This document shows positions 9,853 to 22,047 of a stretch of 64,000 nucleotides of DNA, piece after piece. Position 1 is the stretch's first letter, and each line of letters begins with the position of its first letter. Source of the stretch: an uncultured Acidobacteriota bacterium (GTDB lineage Bacteria; Actinomycetota; Acidimicrobiia; Spongiisociales; ZC4RG35). A model generated the notes under the pieces. The model was not told where the DNA came from. It worked only from the letters and a program-made list of their open reading frames with translations, and made no database searches. The translations under genes were made by a program, and so were the position numbers. The stretch lies in assembly GCA_963828465.1 (NCBI GenBank), contig CAWHEU010000009.1:9318-73317 (forward strand), given 5' to 3'.

Positions 9853-10718
9853 AAGGAGGTCCCGGTGGTCCGTTCCCGCTGGCGCCGGATCAGATAGTCG
9901 GTGAACCGGGCCAAGGGGATGGTGACGATCATGAAGAGTAGGGCTGCGGCAAGGTACGCGGTGAAGTTGAAGGTCTCGGCGACATAGATCTGCGATCGGC
10001 GGAACGCCTCCTGGACCCCGAGTAGGGCGAGCAGGGCCGAGTCTTTCTGGAGGGCGACGAAATCGTTGAGCAGCGGGGGGATGACCCGTCGCACCGCCTG
10101 GGGCAGCACGACCCATCTCATCGACTGGGCGGAGCTGAGCCCAAGTGAGCGGGCCGCGGATGTCTGGCTCTCATGAACCGAGTCGATGCCGGCCCGATAC
10201 ACCTCGGCGACGTAAGCCGAGTATGAGACTACGAGAGTCGTGATGGCCCAGAACTCCTGGCTGTTCGGCACACCTTGCAACCTGAGCGCAGGCACACCGA
10301 ACCCGAGAAGGAAGAGCAGGATGATCGTCGGGATGCCCCGGATGATGTCGACGTAGGCAGTCGCGGCCAGTCGCAACGGCGTCAGCACCGGAGCCCGGCT
10401 GCTTCGGATGACCGCCAAGATGAGGGCAACTATGAGAATGAAGACCTCGGCGATGAGGAAGATGCGGACGTTGCGTACAAACCCGGTGAGGATTTCCGGG
10501 AACGACGCCTTGAAATCCTCCCAGCTGAAGAATGACTCGCGGACCGTGGGCCAACCCGGCGAGTTGACCACCACCAGGATGACGACCCCGAACACCACCA
10601 CGGTGCTGACCGCACCGATGAGCAAGGAGCGGCGACGCTGCCGATTCTGATAGGCGAGACGCCGGGCCCGGCCCGGCGAGACGCCCGGGTCCCGGAGCGG
10701 CGCCTCGGCCTCGGTCAT
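9849..10718 (-). CDS. Polar amino-acid ABC permease
   Basis: RGIPT, SAYVAEVYRAGI, PPLLNDFVALQKDSAL. Confidence 0.9.
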   Translation of the reverse strand: MTEAEAPLRDPGVSPGRARRLAYQNRQRRRSLLIGAVSTVVVFGVVILVVVNSPGWPTVRESFFSWEDFKASFPEILTGFVRNVRIFLIAEVFILIVALILAVIRSSRAPVLTPLRLAATAYVDIIRGIPTIILLFLLGFGVPALRLQGVPNSQEFWAITTLVVSYSAYVAEVYRAGIDSVHESQTSAARSLGLSSAQSMRWVVLPQAVRRVIPPLLNDFVALQKDSALLALLGVQEAFRRSQIYVAETFNFTAYLAAALLFMIVTIPLARFTDYLIRRQRERTTGTSL

Positions 10719-10727
10719 CTAGCGGAG

Positions 10728-11564
10728 CTAGCCGGTCTCGATGATCGGGGCCTCGACCACATCAGAGAGCCACTCCTGCTGGATGGCTTCGAGATCGACG
10801 TTGGCCAGCGCCTCATTGACGCAGTCTCGCAAAGGGTTGCCCTCTTCGAAGACCATCCCGAACTGCTCACTCTCCCCTGCTGACGGGAATTGGGCGATCA
10901 CAGTCGAGCCCTCGATCTCCACCGCTGACACGAAGAACGCCGTCGGGAGGTCGAGTACGAGGCCATCGAGTTGGCCGGCATCGAACGCCGCCTTGGCATC
11001 GGCGTTGGTGTCGTAGACGAGGGGCTCGGTCTCCGGCTGGATCACATCGGTGATGAAATCGAGGCTGGTAGTGCCGACCTGGGCCCCGAGCCGGTAAGAC
11101 TTGAGCTCCTCGATCGACGTGGCCGAAGCGATCTCCGAATCGGAGAACCCGAGCAACGCCTGGTTGACGTCGTAATACCCGTCGGAGAAGTCGACAGCCG
11201 CGTCTCGCTCCTCACTGATCGAGACTTGATTGATGTCGAAGTCGAACTCCTTTTCCCCGGGTGCGAACGCGTTGTTGAAAGGCACGACGACCCAGGTCAC
11301 CTCATCCTCGGTGAAGCCGAGCTCGCTCGCCACGGCGTATGCCACAGCGCTCTCGAAGCCAGTCCCGGTCTCGGGACCGCCCTCGAAGTCGAACCAGGGC
11401 GGGAACGAGGGCTCGTCGGTGCCAATGGTGAGGACTCCTTCCTCGACCAGAGTCAGGTCTTCCTTCTCGCAGGAGACATCGCCGCCTCCGCCCCCTCCCT
11501 CCTCGGCGGCACAGGCGGCCACGAGCATGGCAAGGAACGCGAGGAGAGCGATGCTTCTCTTCAT
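10728..11564 (-). CDS. Polar amino-acid ABC substrate-binding lipoprotein
   Basis: Lipobox VAAC, GFESAVAYAVA, DFDINQVSI, VDFSDGYY. Confidence 0.88.
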   Translation of the reverse strand: MKRSIALLAFLAMLVAACAAEEGGGGGGDVSCEKEDLTLVEEGVLTIGTDEPSFPPWFDFEGGPETGTGFESAVAYAVASELGFTEDEVTWVVVPFNNAFAPGEKEFDFDINQVSISEERDAAVDFSDGYYDVNQALLGFSDSEIASATSIEELKSYRLGAQVGTTSLDFITDVIQPETEPLVYDTNADAKAAFDAGQLDGLVLDLPTAFFVSAVEIEGSTVIAQFPSAGESEQFGMVFEEGNPLRDCVNEALANVDLEAIQQEWLSDVVEAPIIETG

Positions 11565-11700
11565 GTGGGACTCCTACGAAGTCAGGCGAATCCGGAGAGC
11601 GTAGTGCCCGCCATCACCCGCCCCGCCAAGGCCGAATCCAGATCCGCCGGATACAATCGTTGGCGCCCTCAGGGCAATTACCTCAGGAGGAAGGCAGAGA

Positions 11701-12543
11701 ATGAAACGACGATTCCTTGTGCTCCTCGCTGTAGCCACCCTCATCGCCGCAGCCTGCGGCGGGAGCGAAGGAGGCGACGGCGACCTGCTCTCTTCGATCG
11801 AGGAGGAGGGGGTGTTGACGGTTTCGACTGATCCCGCCTACCCACCCCAGTCCTCATTGAACGAGGAGACCGGGGAATACGAAGGCTTCGACATCGACGT
11901 GGCCACTGCGATCGCCGAGGGAATCGGGGTCGAGGTTGCTTGGGAGGCGCCGGCCTGGGAGACGATCATCGCCGGCAACTGGAATGGTCGTTGGGACCTC
12001 AGCGTCGGCTCGATGACGATCACCCCTGAGCGAGAAGAGGTCTTGCACTTCAGCACGCCGTACTACTACACCCCGGCCGTGGTGGCGGTCGCCGCCGATG
12101 ACGACTCGATCAGTGATCTGAGTACCGATCTCGATGGCCAGGCGATCGCGGTCTGTGGTGCTTGCACCTACGACTTCTATCTCCAGGGCAATCTGGAGAT
12201 CCCGGGTGAGACCGTCGACTTCGTCATCGATGACCCCGAGATCATCACAACCGACACCGACACGACCGCTATCGAGCAGCTGGTCCAGGGCCGGGTCGTC
12301 GCAGCGATGTCGTCGGCGACCACGATCCAGACGGCAATCGACGAAGGGCTGCCGATCAAGGTCGTGGGAGACCCCTTGTTCTACGAGCCACTGGCGGCGG
12401 CAATCGACGCCAGTGCATCGCTCGACACCGCGTCATTCGTGGCCCGTGTCTCGGAGATCGTCGAGGGGATGCACGAGGACGGAAGCCTGAGTGAGCTGTC
12501 GAACCAGTGGTTCGGCCTCGACCTCACCACGAAGGCATCTTGA
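11701..12543 (+). CDS. Polar amino-acid ABC substrate-binding lipoprotein
   Basis: Lipobox AAAC, DPAYPPQS, GFDIDVA, GSMTITPER; RBS GGAGG. Confidence 0.88.
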   Translation: MKRRFLVLLAVATLIAAACGGSEGGDGDLLSSIEEEGVLTVSTDPAYPPQSSLNEETGEYEGFDIDVATAIAEGIGVEVAWEAPAWETIIAGNWNGRWDLSVGSMTITPEREEVLHFSTPYYYTPAVVAVAADDDSISDLSTDLDGQAIAVCGACTYDFYLQGNLEIPGETVDFVIDDPEIITTDTDTTAIEQLVQGRVVAAMSSATTIQTAIDEGLPIKVVGDPLFYEPLAAAIDASASLDTASFVARVSEIVEGMHEDGSLSELSNQWFGLDLTTKAS

Positions 12544-12553
12544 GACAGGACGG

Positions 12554-12584
12554 CGGGGGCGGAGGCCATGGGTCTCTGCCCCCG
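12554..12584 (+). terminator. Intercistronic stem-loop after substrate-binding gene
   Basis: CGGGGGCGGAGGCC-atg-GGTCTCTGCCCCCG with G-U pairs. Confidence 0.6.
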
Positions 12585-12610
12585 GTCGCCCTCAACGAGG
12601 CCGAGTTACG

Positions 12611-13477
12611 ATGAGAGAGCGCTTCGAGCAGTGGAGCGCGAGCATCCCATTCAAGGTGAAGCTCGGCATGGTCTGGGCTGTGATCGGCCTGATCGTGGTG
12701 GCTCTCTTCTCGTTGGCCGACTTCGACGTCCAATGGATGATCGACCAGTTCTGGTTCATCGCAACAGGCCTGCCCTGGACGGTCATCATCTGCGGGATCG
12801 CCATCATCCTGGCGGTCATCCTCGCTCTACTCGGCGCCCTCGGCCGGCTCTCCAACAGCGCGGTCGCGCAGGGGGTCACCAGCTTTTATACGTCCTTCTT
12901 CCGGGGCACGCCACTCATCGTCCAGATGTTCCTCATCTTTCTGGCCCTGCCCCAACTGGCCCCGCCCGACCTGCCTGGGCTTCGTGATTCGCTGACCTTC
13001 ACCGCCCTCCAGGCCGGGATCATCGCCCTCGGCCTCAACTATGGCGCCTACATGACCGAGATCTTTCGCGCCGGTATCCAGTCGGTAGGACACGGCCAGG
13101 TGGAGGCGGCCGAAGCCCTGGGCATGACCTATCGGCAGCGCATGCGGCGGATCGTCCTTCCCCAGGCGATAAGGGTCATCATCCCGCCCACGGGAAACGA
13201 GTTCATCGCCATGATGAAGGACTCCGCGCTGATCTCGCTTCTCGGCTCGGTGGTGGCACAGATGGAGATCTTCCGCCGGGCCCAGTTGGTGGGTCGGGCC
13301 GATTTCCGGCCGCTGGAGGCGTTCGTCGTTGCCGCCGCTCTCTATTGGGTGCTGACGACGATCTTCCAGTTCTTCCAGACGAGATTGGAACGCAAGCTGT
13401 CGGCCGGATACGTGCGCACGACCATCAGGGTCACCACCCAGCCCGGCATCGAGGTCGTCGAGAGCGAGCCGGCATGA
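12611..13477 (+). CDS. Polar amino-acid ABC permease
   Basis: [39 protein letters not shown]. Confidence 0.9.
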   Translation: MRERFEQWSASIPFKVKLGMVWAVIGLIVVALFSLADFDVQWMIDQFWFIATGLPWTVIICGIAIILAVILALLGALGRLSNSAVAQGVTSFYTSFFRGTPLIVQMFLIFLALPQLAPPDLPGLRDSLTFTALQAGIIALGLNYGAYMTEIFRAGIQSVGHGQVEAAEALGMTYRQRMRRIVLPQAIRVIIPPTGNEFIAMMKDSALISLLGSVVAQMEIFRRAQLVGRADFRPLEAFVVAAALYWVLTTIFQFFQTRLERKLSAGYVRTTIRVTTQPGIEVVESEPA

Positions 13478-14229
13478 CCGAGACAGTGGTCAAGGTGAGC
13501 GATCTCCGCAAGTCGTTTGGTGACCAAGAGGTCCTCAAGGGTGTCGATCTCGAGGTCGCTCGAGGGGAAGTGGTGGTCGTCTTCGGACGATCCGGGTCGG
13601 GGAAGAGCACTCTCCTACGCTGCATCAACTTCCTCGAAGAGCCGACGTCGGGAACGATCGAAGTCGGTGGGATCCGCATCGAGCCTGGCACTCGAACCCA
13701 TCGTCAACGGGAGACGATCCGCAGTGTGCGGCTCAAGGCGGGAATGGTGTTCCAGGAATTCAATCTCTTCCCGCATCTCACCGCCCTCGAAAACATCATC
13801 GAGGCGCCGGTGACGGTCAAGGGTCAGGAGCGCAACCATGCGATCGAGGTGGCCAGAGTCCTCCTCACCCAAGTTGGACTTGCCGACAAGGGTGACGCCT
13901 ACCCGATCCACCTATCCGGCGGTCAGAAGCAACGCGTTGCCATCGCCCGGGCCCTGGCCATGGAGCCGGAGGTCATGCTCTTCGACGAGCCGACTTCGGC
14001 CCTAGACCCGGAGTTGATTTCAGAGGTGCTCTCGGTGATGAGGAGTCTGGCCACCGAGACCCACATGACAATGATCGTCGTCACCCATGAGATGGGCTTC
14101 GCCCGTGAGGTGGCCACCACGATGGCCTTCGTCGATGACGGGAACATCGTCGAGACCGGCGCCCCGGCATCCATGATCTCCAACCCCCAGCACTCTCAGA
14201 CAAAGCGGTTCCTGGAAGCGGTCCTCTAA
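13474..14229 (+). CDS. Polar amino-acid ABC ATP-binding protein
   Basis: [27 protein letters not shown]; ATGA overlap. Confidence 0.9.
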   Translation: MTETVVKVSDLRKSFGDQEVLKGVDLEVARGEVVVVFGRSGSGKSTLLRCINFLEEPTSGTIEVGGIRIEPGTRTHRQRETIRSVRLKAGMVFQEFNLFPHLTALENIIEAPVTVKGQERNHAIEVARVLLTQVGLADKGDAYPIHLSGGQKQRVAIARALAMEPEVMLFDEPTSALDPELISEVLSVMRSLATETHMTMIVVTHEMGFAREVATTMAFVDDGNIVETGAPASMISNPQHSQTKRFLEAVL

Positions 14230-16079
14230 CTGAGCAAGGCGACGACTCTGGAGGCGACCGAGTCGGGGTCGAGGCCGACCGAGTGGGCGATGTCAGAGGG
14301 CGAGCCGAAGGGGAGGAAATGGTCGGGGATCCCGATGCATGTGATCTCCTTGACCTGACCCGCCTCGGCGAATGCCTCCATCACCGCGGCGCCAAATCCC
14401 CCGGCGACGACGTTGTCCTCGACGGTGACCACGTGACGGGCGGGCGCGGCCCATTCCAGGATTCGTGGATCGAGAGGCTTGACCCATCTGGCGTTGACCA
14501 CACCGACAGAGAACCCCCTGGTCCTGATGTCGACGGCAGCCTTCTCGGCGACCTCCACCATCCGGCCCGCAGCCACCAAGAGCACATCCGTCCCCTCGGA
14601 GAGGAGTTGCGCCTCGCCGATCGGCAAGGCCGCGACCGGGACCGCCGGCACCGATACCGCCGCCCCCTTCGGGTAGCGGATGGCGATGGGGCCGTCATGG
14701 TCCACGGCGGTTTCGATCATCGCGCACAACTCGGCGGCGTCGGCGGGTGCCCCCACCACCATGTTGGGGATGAGACGCAAGTAGGACAGGTCGAACACGC
14801 CGTGGTGGGAGGGGCCGTCGGGTCCGGTGATTCCGGATCGATCGACCAGGAAAGTCACCGGAAGGTCGTGGAGAGCGACATCGGCGATGATCTGATCGAA
14901 GGCGCGTTGCAGGAAGGCGGAGTAGACGGCCACGACCGGCCGCTTCCCGGCCATGGCCATGCCCGCGGCAAGCGTGACCGCATGCTGCTCCGATATCCCG
15001 GTGTCGAAAACCCGGTCAGGGAACCGCTGCCACATCTGCATCAGCCCGGCCGTGGTGACCATCGCCGCCGAGATCCCGACGAGATCGGGCCTGGTGGCGG
15101 CCGCCTCGGCTACGGCGTTCCCGGCGACATCGGTGAGCCTGAGCTCCTCCTTGATCGCCTTGCCGGTCGCAAGGTCGAATGAGCCCACACCGTGCAGCTT
15201 CTCCAGCTCGTCCTCGATTGCCGGCTGGTATCCGTTCCCCTTCTCGGTGACCACGTGGATCACGACCGGTCGGTCGAACTCCTTGGCGACGCGGAAGGTC
15301 TCCTCGAGCAGCTCGATGTCATGCCCGTCGATCTGTCCCGTGTATTTGAGATCGAGCGCGTCGAAGACGGTGAAGGGCTCCAGGATCTGCTTCACCGCGT
15401 CCTTGAGTCGTCCGGCCAGCTCATCGGCGGTCTCCCCGACCAGTGGGAGGCCCCTCAGCATCCGGCCCAGGGTTCGCTTCGTCTTCTCGTATCGAGGGTC
15501 GATGCGGTAATGGGCCAGGCTGGCGAGGGCGGCGAGGCCGCCCACCGTCGGGGCGTAGGACCGACCGTTGTCGTTGACCACGATGATCAAGCGCTCCGGC
15601 TGGGTCACCGCGATGTGGTTCAGCGCCTCGTAGGCCATCCCACCGGTGAGCGCCCCGTCCCCGATGATGGCGACGGTGTAACCGGGGTAGCCGGCCAGTG
15701 CATGGCCGAGCGCGTAGGAGAGAGATGTCGACGCGTGGCTGTTCTCGACGAAATCGTGATCGGACTCCTCGCGACTCGGATAACCGGACAGCCCGCCGGT
15801 GTGACGCAGCTGGTCGAAGCCAGCCATCCGACCGGTGACGAGTTTGTGCACATAGGCCTGATGCCCAACGTCCCAGATGAATCGGTCGGTGGGTGAGTCG
15901 AACACGCGGTGCAGGGCAAGGGTCAGCTCGACCACACCGAGATTGGGAGACAAGTGCCCGCCACTCTTGGACACCTTGTCCAGGATGAATGTGCGGATCT
16001 CCTCGGTGAGGGCGTCCAGCTCTTCCTTGCTGAGCCCACGCAGGTCAGCTGGGCTCGAGATTGATTCGAGAATCGCCAT
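14226..16079 (-). CDS. dxs: 1-deoxy-D-xylulose-5-phosphate synthase
   Basis: [53 protein letters not shown]. Confidence 0.95.
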   Translation of the reverse strand: MAILESISSPADLRGLSKEELDALTEEIRTFILDKVSKSGGHLSPNLGVVELTLALHRVFDSPTDRFIWDVGHQAYVHKLVTGRMAGFDQLRHTGGLSGYPSREESDHDFVENSHASTSLSYALGHALAGYPGYTVAIIGDGALTGGMAYEALNHIAVTQPERLIIVVNDNGRSYAPTVGGLAALASLAHYRIDPRYEKTKRTLGRMLRGLPLVGETADELAGRLKDAVKQILEPFTVFDALDLKYTGQIDGHDIELLEETFRVAKEFDRPVVIHVVTEKGNGYQPAIEDELEKLHGVGSFDLATGKAIKEELRLTDVAGNAVAEAAATRPDLVGISAAMVTTAGLMQMWQRFPDRVFDTGISEQHAVTLAAGMAMAGKRPVVAVYSAFLQRAFDQIIADVALHDLPVTFLVDRSGITGPDGPSHHGVFDLSYLRLIPNMVVGAPADAAELCAMIETAVDHDGPIAIRYPKGAAVSVPAVPVAALPIGEAQLLSEGTDVLLVAAGRMVEVAEKAAVDIRTRGFSVGVVNARWVKPLDPRILEWAAPARHVVTVEDNVVAGGFGAAVMEAFAEAGQVKEITCIGIPDHFLPFGSPSDIAHSVGLDPDSVASRVVALLS

Positions 16080-16097
16080 GATTGGAACCGGTTCAGG

Positions 16098-17828
16098 CTA
16101 GTTGGATGCGGGAATTTGCCGTTCGAGGATCGGCAGATGCACGGTGAAAGTGGAACCGGCGCCCAGCTCGCTCTCGACAGACACGCTCCCACCGTGACTC
16201 TCCACCACATGTTTGACGATGGCGAGCCCCAGACCCGTCCCGCCGGTGGCTCGGGCCCGGGCGTTGTCCACACGGTAGAAGCGCTCGAAGACTCGATCCA
16301 GGTCACGGGTGGGGATCCCCTCCCCGGTGTCGCTAATCCGAAGCACCGCGTCTTCGCCTACCACTTCCAGCTCGGCCCCGATCGATCCCCCGGAGGGGGT
16401 ATACCTGATCGCATTGTCGAGGAGATTGCGAACGGCGATGGCCACATCGCGCCTGCTTCCTGCAACCTGCGCCGGGGCTACCTGGAGGATGACATCGATT
16501 CCGTGCTCGTCTGCCACGTTGCGCACCCGCTCGAGCTCCTCTCGCACGAGGTGATCGAGGCTGAGGGGGTCCAACTCGGGTTCGTCCCGCTCCAACCTCG
16601 ACAGATCGAGCAGGTCGGTGACCAAGCGATCGAGCTGACGGGCCGATCCCTCGATCTGGCTTCCAAAGCGCAGCGCTGACTCGTCTCCCCGCTCGACTGC
16701 CAGCTGCAAAGCCTCTGACGAAGCGATGATGGCCGACACCGGGGTCTTCAGCTCATGCGAGGCGTTGGCCACGAAGTCACGACGCACCGAGGCCGCTCGC
16801 TCTCGCTCGGTGACGTCGACGACCACCAGCAGGATGCGTTTGTCATACGCAAATGGAGTAGCGATCCCTCGAAGTTGCCGCACCGGCTTCCCGTGCTCGG
16901 CAAGCAACGTCGTGGGGTTCCCGGTCTCTCGCGCCTCGAGCAGAGCGTCCTGGAAAGAGAATGGGACAAGCCCGGAGAGAGTTTCGGGAATGCGGCCGAG
17001 GAGGCTCATAGCCGATGGGTTGGCGTATACCACCGAGTCGTCCTCGTCAAAGAGGATCGTCCCTTGGGGCATGGCGCCAAGAACCACTTCCAAGGTCGAA
17101 GACGCCCTAACCGTCTCCATCAGCCGGGAGCGGTTGCTGGCATCGAGATCGGCAATGGCTGTCGCCAGTTCATCGATCTCGAGCACGCTGGATCGAGGGG
17201 GCTTGGGGCCGTTGTCCGATAGCGCCTTCGTTTGTTCGGTGAGCTCGACTATCGGGCGGGACATGCGTCTCGACAGCCAGGCGGCGACCAGCAGCCCGAG
17301 GAGCCCAACGGCGATCGGGACGAGGATGAGAGAACGCCGGTAGGGAGATGTCTCGGCGGCAATGTCGTCGACAGAAGCCGCCAAGCGGAGGATGAGCCCC
17401 TGATCTGTCGGGGTAGCCACGTAGAGCTGGTCGAACCCGGTGGTGTCGCTGTCTCTTGCGTCCCTTCCTGTGCCACCGGCGATCGCCGATGCGACCTCCG
17501 GCCGATCGGCATGGTTGTCCATCGTCGCCGGATCCGAAAGAGAGTCGGCTATGACCACGCCGTCTGGGTCGATGACGGTGTAGCGGTAGCCGCCGGCATC
17601 GGCCATCGTGTCGACCCAAGTTTGGAGATCGACCGTTTCCACTGGCATTCCCACCGCGGAAATATGAGCCGCTGACTCCAATTGATCGAAGGCCTCATCG
17701 ATGAACGCGGTGTCCACCGACCGGGACAGGAACCAGGCAATGACTCCGATAAGGACCAGATAGACAACGGCGAAGGACAGCAGGAAGCGGACAGCAAGCG
17801 GAGTCCTCCCCGGCGCTCTACTGCTCAT
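16098..17828 (-). CDS. senX3: Phosphate-regulon sensor histidine kinase (SenX3/PhoR)
   Basis: Two TMs, NHADRPEV, HAMP/PAS, RRDFVANASHELKTP, GGTGLGLAIVKH; directly after regX3. Confidence 0.8.
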   Translation of the reverse strand: MSSRAPGRTPLAVRFLLSFAVVYLVLIGVIAWFLSRSVDTAFIDEAFDQLESAAHISAVGMPVETVDLQTWVDTMADAGGYRYTVIDPDGVVIADSLSDPATMDNHADRPEVASAIAGGTGRDARDSDTTGFDQLYVATPTDQGLILRLAASVDDIAAETSPYRRSLILVPIAVGLLGLLVAAWLSRRMSRPIVELTEQTKALSDNGPKPPRSSVLEIDELATAIADLDASNRSRLMETVRASSTLEVVLGAMPQGTILFDEDDSVVYANPSAMSLLGRIPETLSGLVPFSFQDALLEARETGNPTTLLAEHGKPVRQLRGIATPFAYDKRILLVVVDVTERERAASVRRDFVANASHELKTPVSAIIASSEALQLAVERGDESALRFGSQIEGSARQLDRLVTDLLDLSRLERDEPELDPLSLDHLVREELERVRNVADEHGIDVILQVAPAQVAGSRRDVAIAVRNLLDNAIRYTPSGGSIGAELEVVGEDAVLRISDTGEGIPTRDLDRVFERFYRVDNARARATGGTGLGLAIVKHVVESHGGSVSVESELGAGSTFTVHLPILERQIPASN

Positions 17829-18534
17829 CGACGAACTTGTAGCCCAGGCCCCGCACGGTCACGATCAGGCTCGGGTGTGCAGGGTCTGACTCCAGCTTTT
17901 GTCGGAGACGCTTGATGTGGACGTCGAGGGTCTTTGTGTCTCCGAAATAGCTCGGGCCCCAAACCTCGTCGATGAGGGTGTGACGCGCCGCCAGCCGATT
18001 TCTCCGCCGCATCAGGGACTCGAGCAACTCGAATTCTTTGGGGCGCAAGTCGACTGGCTCACCTTCGAGCCGTGTCTGATGAGCATCGATATCGAGCTCT
18101 ATGGGGCCACCGCGCAACACTTCGTTGGACTCGGCGAGAACACCGCTCTTCGCCGCCCTTCTCAATTGTGCCCTGATCCGGGCCACCAGCTCTCGCATCG
18201 AGAAAGGCTTGGTCATGTAGTCATCGGCGCCGAGCTCGAGGCCGGCCACCTTGTCCGACTCGGCGTCCTTGGCGGTGAGCATGATGATGGGGACGTCGGA
18301 GGACAGTCGAATTTGTCGGCAAACGTCCAACCCGGACATACCTGGCAGCATCAGGTCTAGTAGCACGAGGTCGGGCTGGTTTACCCGAGCCGACTCCAGC
18401 CCGCCAACGCCAGAATCGGCCACGAGCACGTCGAATCCCTCGACATCGAGTGCGTATCGAACCGACTCAGCGAGACCCGGCTCGTCTTCTACGACAAGGA
18501 CGCGATGCCTTCGGCGCTCATCCGTCCTGGTCAT
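17818..18534 (-). CDS. regX3: OmpR-family response regulator (RegX3/PhoB)
   Basis: [36 protein letters not shown]. Confidence 0.88.
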   Translation of the reverse strand: MTRTDERRRHRVLVVEDEPGLAESVRYALDVEGFDVLVADSGVGGLESARVNQPDLVLLDLMLPGMSGLDVCRQIRLSSDVPIIMLTAKDAESDKVAGLELGADDYMTKPFSMRELVARIRAQLRRAAKSGVLAESNEVLRGGPIELDIDAHQTRLEGEPVDLRPKEFELLESLMRRRNRLAARHTLIDEVWGPSYFGDTKTLDVHIKRLRQKLESDPAHPSLIVTVRGLGYKFVDEQ

Positions 18535-19225
18535 CGACCGAATTGTCCAAGCCCGATTCGACGAACTCGGCTCGTTTGCCGGTGATCAGATATGCCGTCT
18601 GCTCGGCGAAGTCAACCGCCTGGTCCCCGACCCGCTCCAGGGCCCGGGACGCCATCATCATCTTCGTTGCCCATTCCAGCATCTGCGGGTCGGAGGCGAC
18701 GGCGACGATCTCCTTGAACATGTTGGCGTTGAGCCTGTCGACCGGCTGGTCCATGGCGGGTAGGAGCCGTGCTTCGTCGATGTCCTGGCGCAGATATGCC
18801 TCGATCGAGGTCCTGATCATCGGCCGTACGAGGTCGCCCATCTCTTGGATCTGGTCGCAAATGCGCTCCACCCGGGGCAAGCCGTCGTTCTGCTGCGTGA
18901 CGCGAGCGATATTCACGCACTGGTCACCCATGCGCTCAAAAGTTGCGTTGAGTTGGAGGAGGACGCTCATCTTCCTCAGATCGGAGCCGAGAGGCTGAAA
19001 TCGGGCCATCAAGGTCGTCCAAAGCTGGTGGACCTCGAAATACGTCTTGTCGATGTCTTCGTCAATGGCGATCACTCGATCTGCTAGCTCGAGATTCCCG
19101 TTGGTGACCGAATCAACGGCCATCTCGACCATGTGCTCGGCGCGGTCGACCATGCCCAGGACGGTGTGCTCCAAGGCCTCCAGCTCTTGGTGGAAATGAA
19201 GATTGGTGTCTGGTGCGCTGGTCAT
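18518..19225 (-). CDS. phoU: Phosphate signalling protein PhoU
   Basis: [32 protein letters not shown]; ATG overlaps pstB stop. Confidence 0.9.
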   Translation of the reverse strand: MTSAPDTNLHFHQELEALEHTVLGMVDRAEHMVEMAVDSVTNGNLELADRVIAIDEDIDKTYFEVHQLWTTLMARFQPLGSDLRKMSVLLQLNATFERMGDQCVNIARVTQQNDGLPRVERICDQIQEMGDLVRPMIRTSIEAYLRQDIDEARLLPAMDQPVDRLNANMFKEIVAVASDPQMLEWATKMMMASRALERVGDQAVDFAEQTAYLITGKRAEFVESGLDNSVDDQDG

Positions 19226-20131
19226 CCGAATCGTCCCGTGATGTAGTCCTCGGTCTGTTTCTGTGCAGGAGCCGTGAAGATCTGCTCGGTCTGGCTGAAT
19301 TCTACGAGGTAGCCGGTTCGCTGCCCCTCCTCGTCGACGTTCACCGAGAAGAACGCGGTCTGATCCGACACCCGCGGCTGCCTGCTGCATGTTGTGGGTG
19401 ACGATCACGATCGTGTAGTCCTTCTTCAGGTCGAGCATCAGCTCCTCGATCTTCAGCGTGGCGATGGGATCGAGGGCGGAGCAGGGCTCGTCCATGAGTA
19501 CGACATCGGGGCTGGTGGCGATGGCGCGGGCAATGCAGAGACGCTGTTGTTGGCCACCGGAGAGGGCCATCCCCGATTCCTTGAGCTTGTCCTTGACCTC
19601 GTCCCACAGGGCGGCCTTGATCAGGGACTCTTCCACTAGATCGTCGTAGTTGCCCTTGAAGCCGGCGATCCGCGGCCCGTACACGATGTTCTCATAGATG
19701 CTTTTCGGGAACGGGTTCGGCTTCTGAAAGACCATGCCGATTCGGCGTCGGACTTCGACAGGATCCACCTTCTCCCCATAGAGATCGACCCCGTGGTATT
19801 CAACCCGGCCCTCGACGCGGGCTGATTCGATCAGGTCGTTCATCCGGTTGAAGCAGCGGAGGACTGTCGATTTGCCGCAGCCGGAAGGCCCGATCAGAGC
19901 AGTGATTTCGTTCTGTTGGATCGCCATGTCGACATCTCGGACTGCTCGGAACGATCCGTAGAAGACGGTCAAGCCTCCGAGCTCGAATATCGGCGTGCGG
20001 TCCTCGGCCGACCCTGTTGCTGCCGCGGCATCTTGGCCGGTGGCGTGATCGGCCAGGGTTATCTCGATCGGTATCTCCGACTTCCGGCTCTCGGCTTGTG
20101 TGGTCATCGGCTCGCCTTCCTGGTCGATCAT
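19222..20131 (-). CDS. pstB: Phosphate ABC ATP-binding protein, apparent extra base at ~19375
   Basis: [40 protein letters not shown] then RVSD...[10 protein letters not shown] in the shifted frame. Confidence 0.9.
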
Positions 20132-21094
20132 CGATATCTCCGCTCGTAGCGGTCACGAGCGATGACGGCCGCAGCGTTCACCGTCAGCAACATCACCAGA
20201 AGCACGACGATCGAAGCCGCGGTGAGTGCCACGAACTCGGCCTGGGGCTGCCGGGCGAAGTTGAAAACGACGATCGGGAGAGCGGTGTAGGGCTGGTTCA
20301 GCATCAGATCTGCGAACGAAGCATCGCTGGAGACACTGAAGAACAGAGACAACTGAGCCCCGGCGAGCAGCAAGGGCGCCGATTCCCCAAACGCACGGGC
20401 GATGGTGAGCACCGTTCCGGTGAGGATGGCCGGTATGGCGACTGGCAACACTTGATGTCTGATCGTTTCCCAGCGGGTCGCCCCCACCGCCAGGGAGGCC
20501 TCTCTGAGAGCTCCGGGCACAGCCCGCAGGGCTTCCGACGTGGTAATGATCATTATCGGAAGCACGAGAACGGCGAGGGTGAGCCCGCCGGCAACCACGT
20601 TTCGACCGGCAATCCCCTCTGAGGCTCCAAAGACACCACGCATCAGGATTTCGACGAACAGGAAGAGACCGAGGATTCCGTACACGATCGACGGCACCCC
20701 GGCCAAGTTGCGAATGTTGGCGTTGATGAACCTGGTCACCCGATTGTCGGATGCGTATTCCTCGAGGTAGACGGCCGCCGCCACTCCGAACGGGAAGGCG
20801 ACTGCGATGACAAAGCCGGTCAAGGCCAGCGATCCCATGATCGCTTGCCAGATCCCGGCTGACGCAGCGGTCGGAGACAGACTGCTCGTGATGAAGCCAA
20901 AGCCCCTCGAGGCGAAGACCGGGAGAGCAGCGGCGATGGTGTCGGCGAGAAGCGTGATCAGGATGACCACCGAGGAGAGGAGGGTGAACAGCAACGCGAA
21001 CCCCACCGATCGCGTTGGCCGGGCTGAACCTTCTGCCCTCGATTGACCTACGGACTAGTTCGGTAGTGGTCACGGCAGCGGCGTCGACGGTCAT
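20128..21094 (-). CDS. pstA: Phosphate ABC permease PstA, apparent frameshift at ~21005
   Basis: [27 protein letters not shown]; N-terminus MTVDAAAV in a different frame. Confidence 0.9.
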
Positions 21095-21095
21095 C

Positions 21096-22025
21096 TCAGT
21101 ACCTCTGTCGGTATCGACGGACCATCCGTCCGCTTATCACGTTGAGGCCTAGCGTCAGCACGAAGAGAACGAGGCCGACGAAGAACAGTGACTGGAACGC
21201 AGCCGAATCTCCGGCAACCTGATCCGACCCGACCGCCAGATTGGCGATTGCACCCGTCATGGTGAGGCCGCCCTCGGTCGGATTGAAATTCATAATGCCA
21301 TTGAGACCGGCGGCCAGGGCCACAACCATTGTTTCGCCCACCGCCCGGGATATGCCCAGGATCACCGCGGCGATGATGCCGGAGATGGCGGCGGGAAAGA
21401 CGACTCGTAACGCGGTATGCCATTGTTTGGCTCCCAGGCCGTATGAGGCCTCCCGCAACGAGCCGGGCACTGCCCGCATCGCGTCCTCAGATACCGCGGC
21501 CACCAACGGGATTGTGAGGATCCCAACGGCGATGCCGGCGGCGAGGAAGTTGGCGCTCTGTGCGCCAGGGATCAGGCCGCGCACCACGTTCGGAGTGATG
21601 AACTGAAGGGCGAAGAAGCCAAGAACCACCGACGGGATTCCGGCCAGGATCTCCAGGGTGGGCTTGAGCACTCGGCGCACACTTGGCCTGGCGTACTCGG
21701 AGAGGTAGATCGCCGAGCCGAGGCCGAAGGGAACCGCCACCAGCATGGCGATACCAGTCACCATCAACGTGTGAACCAGCAGCGCCGCAAGGTCGAAACG
21801 GCCGCGCCGAGGGAACCAACCATTGCCCCAGAGTTGATTGAGCTCGATAGAGGTGACAAAGCCCCAGGCTTTTCCGATCAGTGCGAGCACGATTGCGACG
21901 GAGATGAGGATCGAGACCGCCGCAGCCGCAAAGAACAGGGCCTTGACCACAGCCTCACGACGCCGCCGACGGACATTGCCCGTCAGGTCGATGGGACCCT
22001 CCCGCTGTTGGTCGACTATTGCCAT
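21096..22025 (-). CDS. pstC: Phosphate ABC permease PstC
   Basis: AIYLSEYA, EILAGIPSVVLG, SRAVGETM. Confidence 0.92.
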   Translation of the reverse strand: MAIVDQQREGPIDLTGNVRRRRREAVVKALFFAAAAVSILISVAIVLALIGKAWGFVTSIELNQLWGNGWFPRRGRFDLAALLVHTLMVTGIAMLVAVPFGLGSAIYLSEYARPSVRRVLKPTLEILAGIPSVVLGFFALQFITPNVVRGLIPGAQSANFLAAGIAVGILTIPLVAAVSEDAMRAVPGSLREASYGLGAKQWHTALRVVFPAAISGIIAAVILGISRAVGETMVVALAAGLNGIMNFNPTEGGLTMTGAIANLAVGSDQVAGDSAAFQSLFFVGLVLFVLTLGLNVISGRMVRRYRQRY

Positions 22026-22047
22026 TCGTTCTTGGTGAAAGGATAGA

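Noticed and set aside
18518-20131. 537-aa PstB-PhoU fusion ORF
   Set aside because: Produced by one extra base at ~19375; the normal PstB C-terminus ([10 protein letters not shown]) and a separate phoU ATG are present in the proper frames
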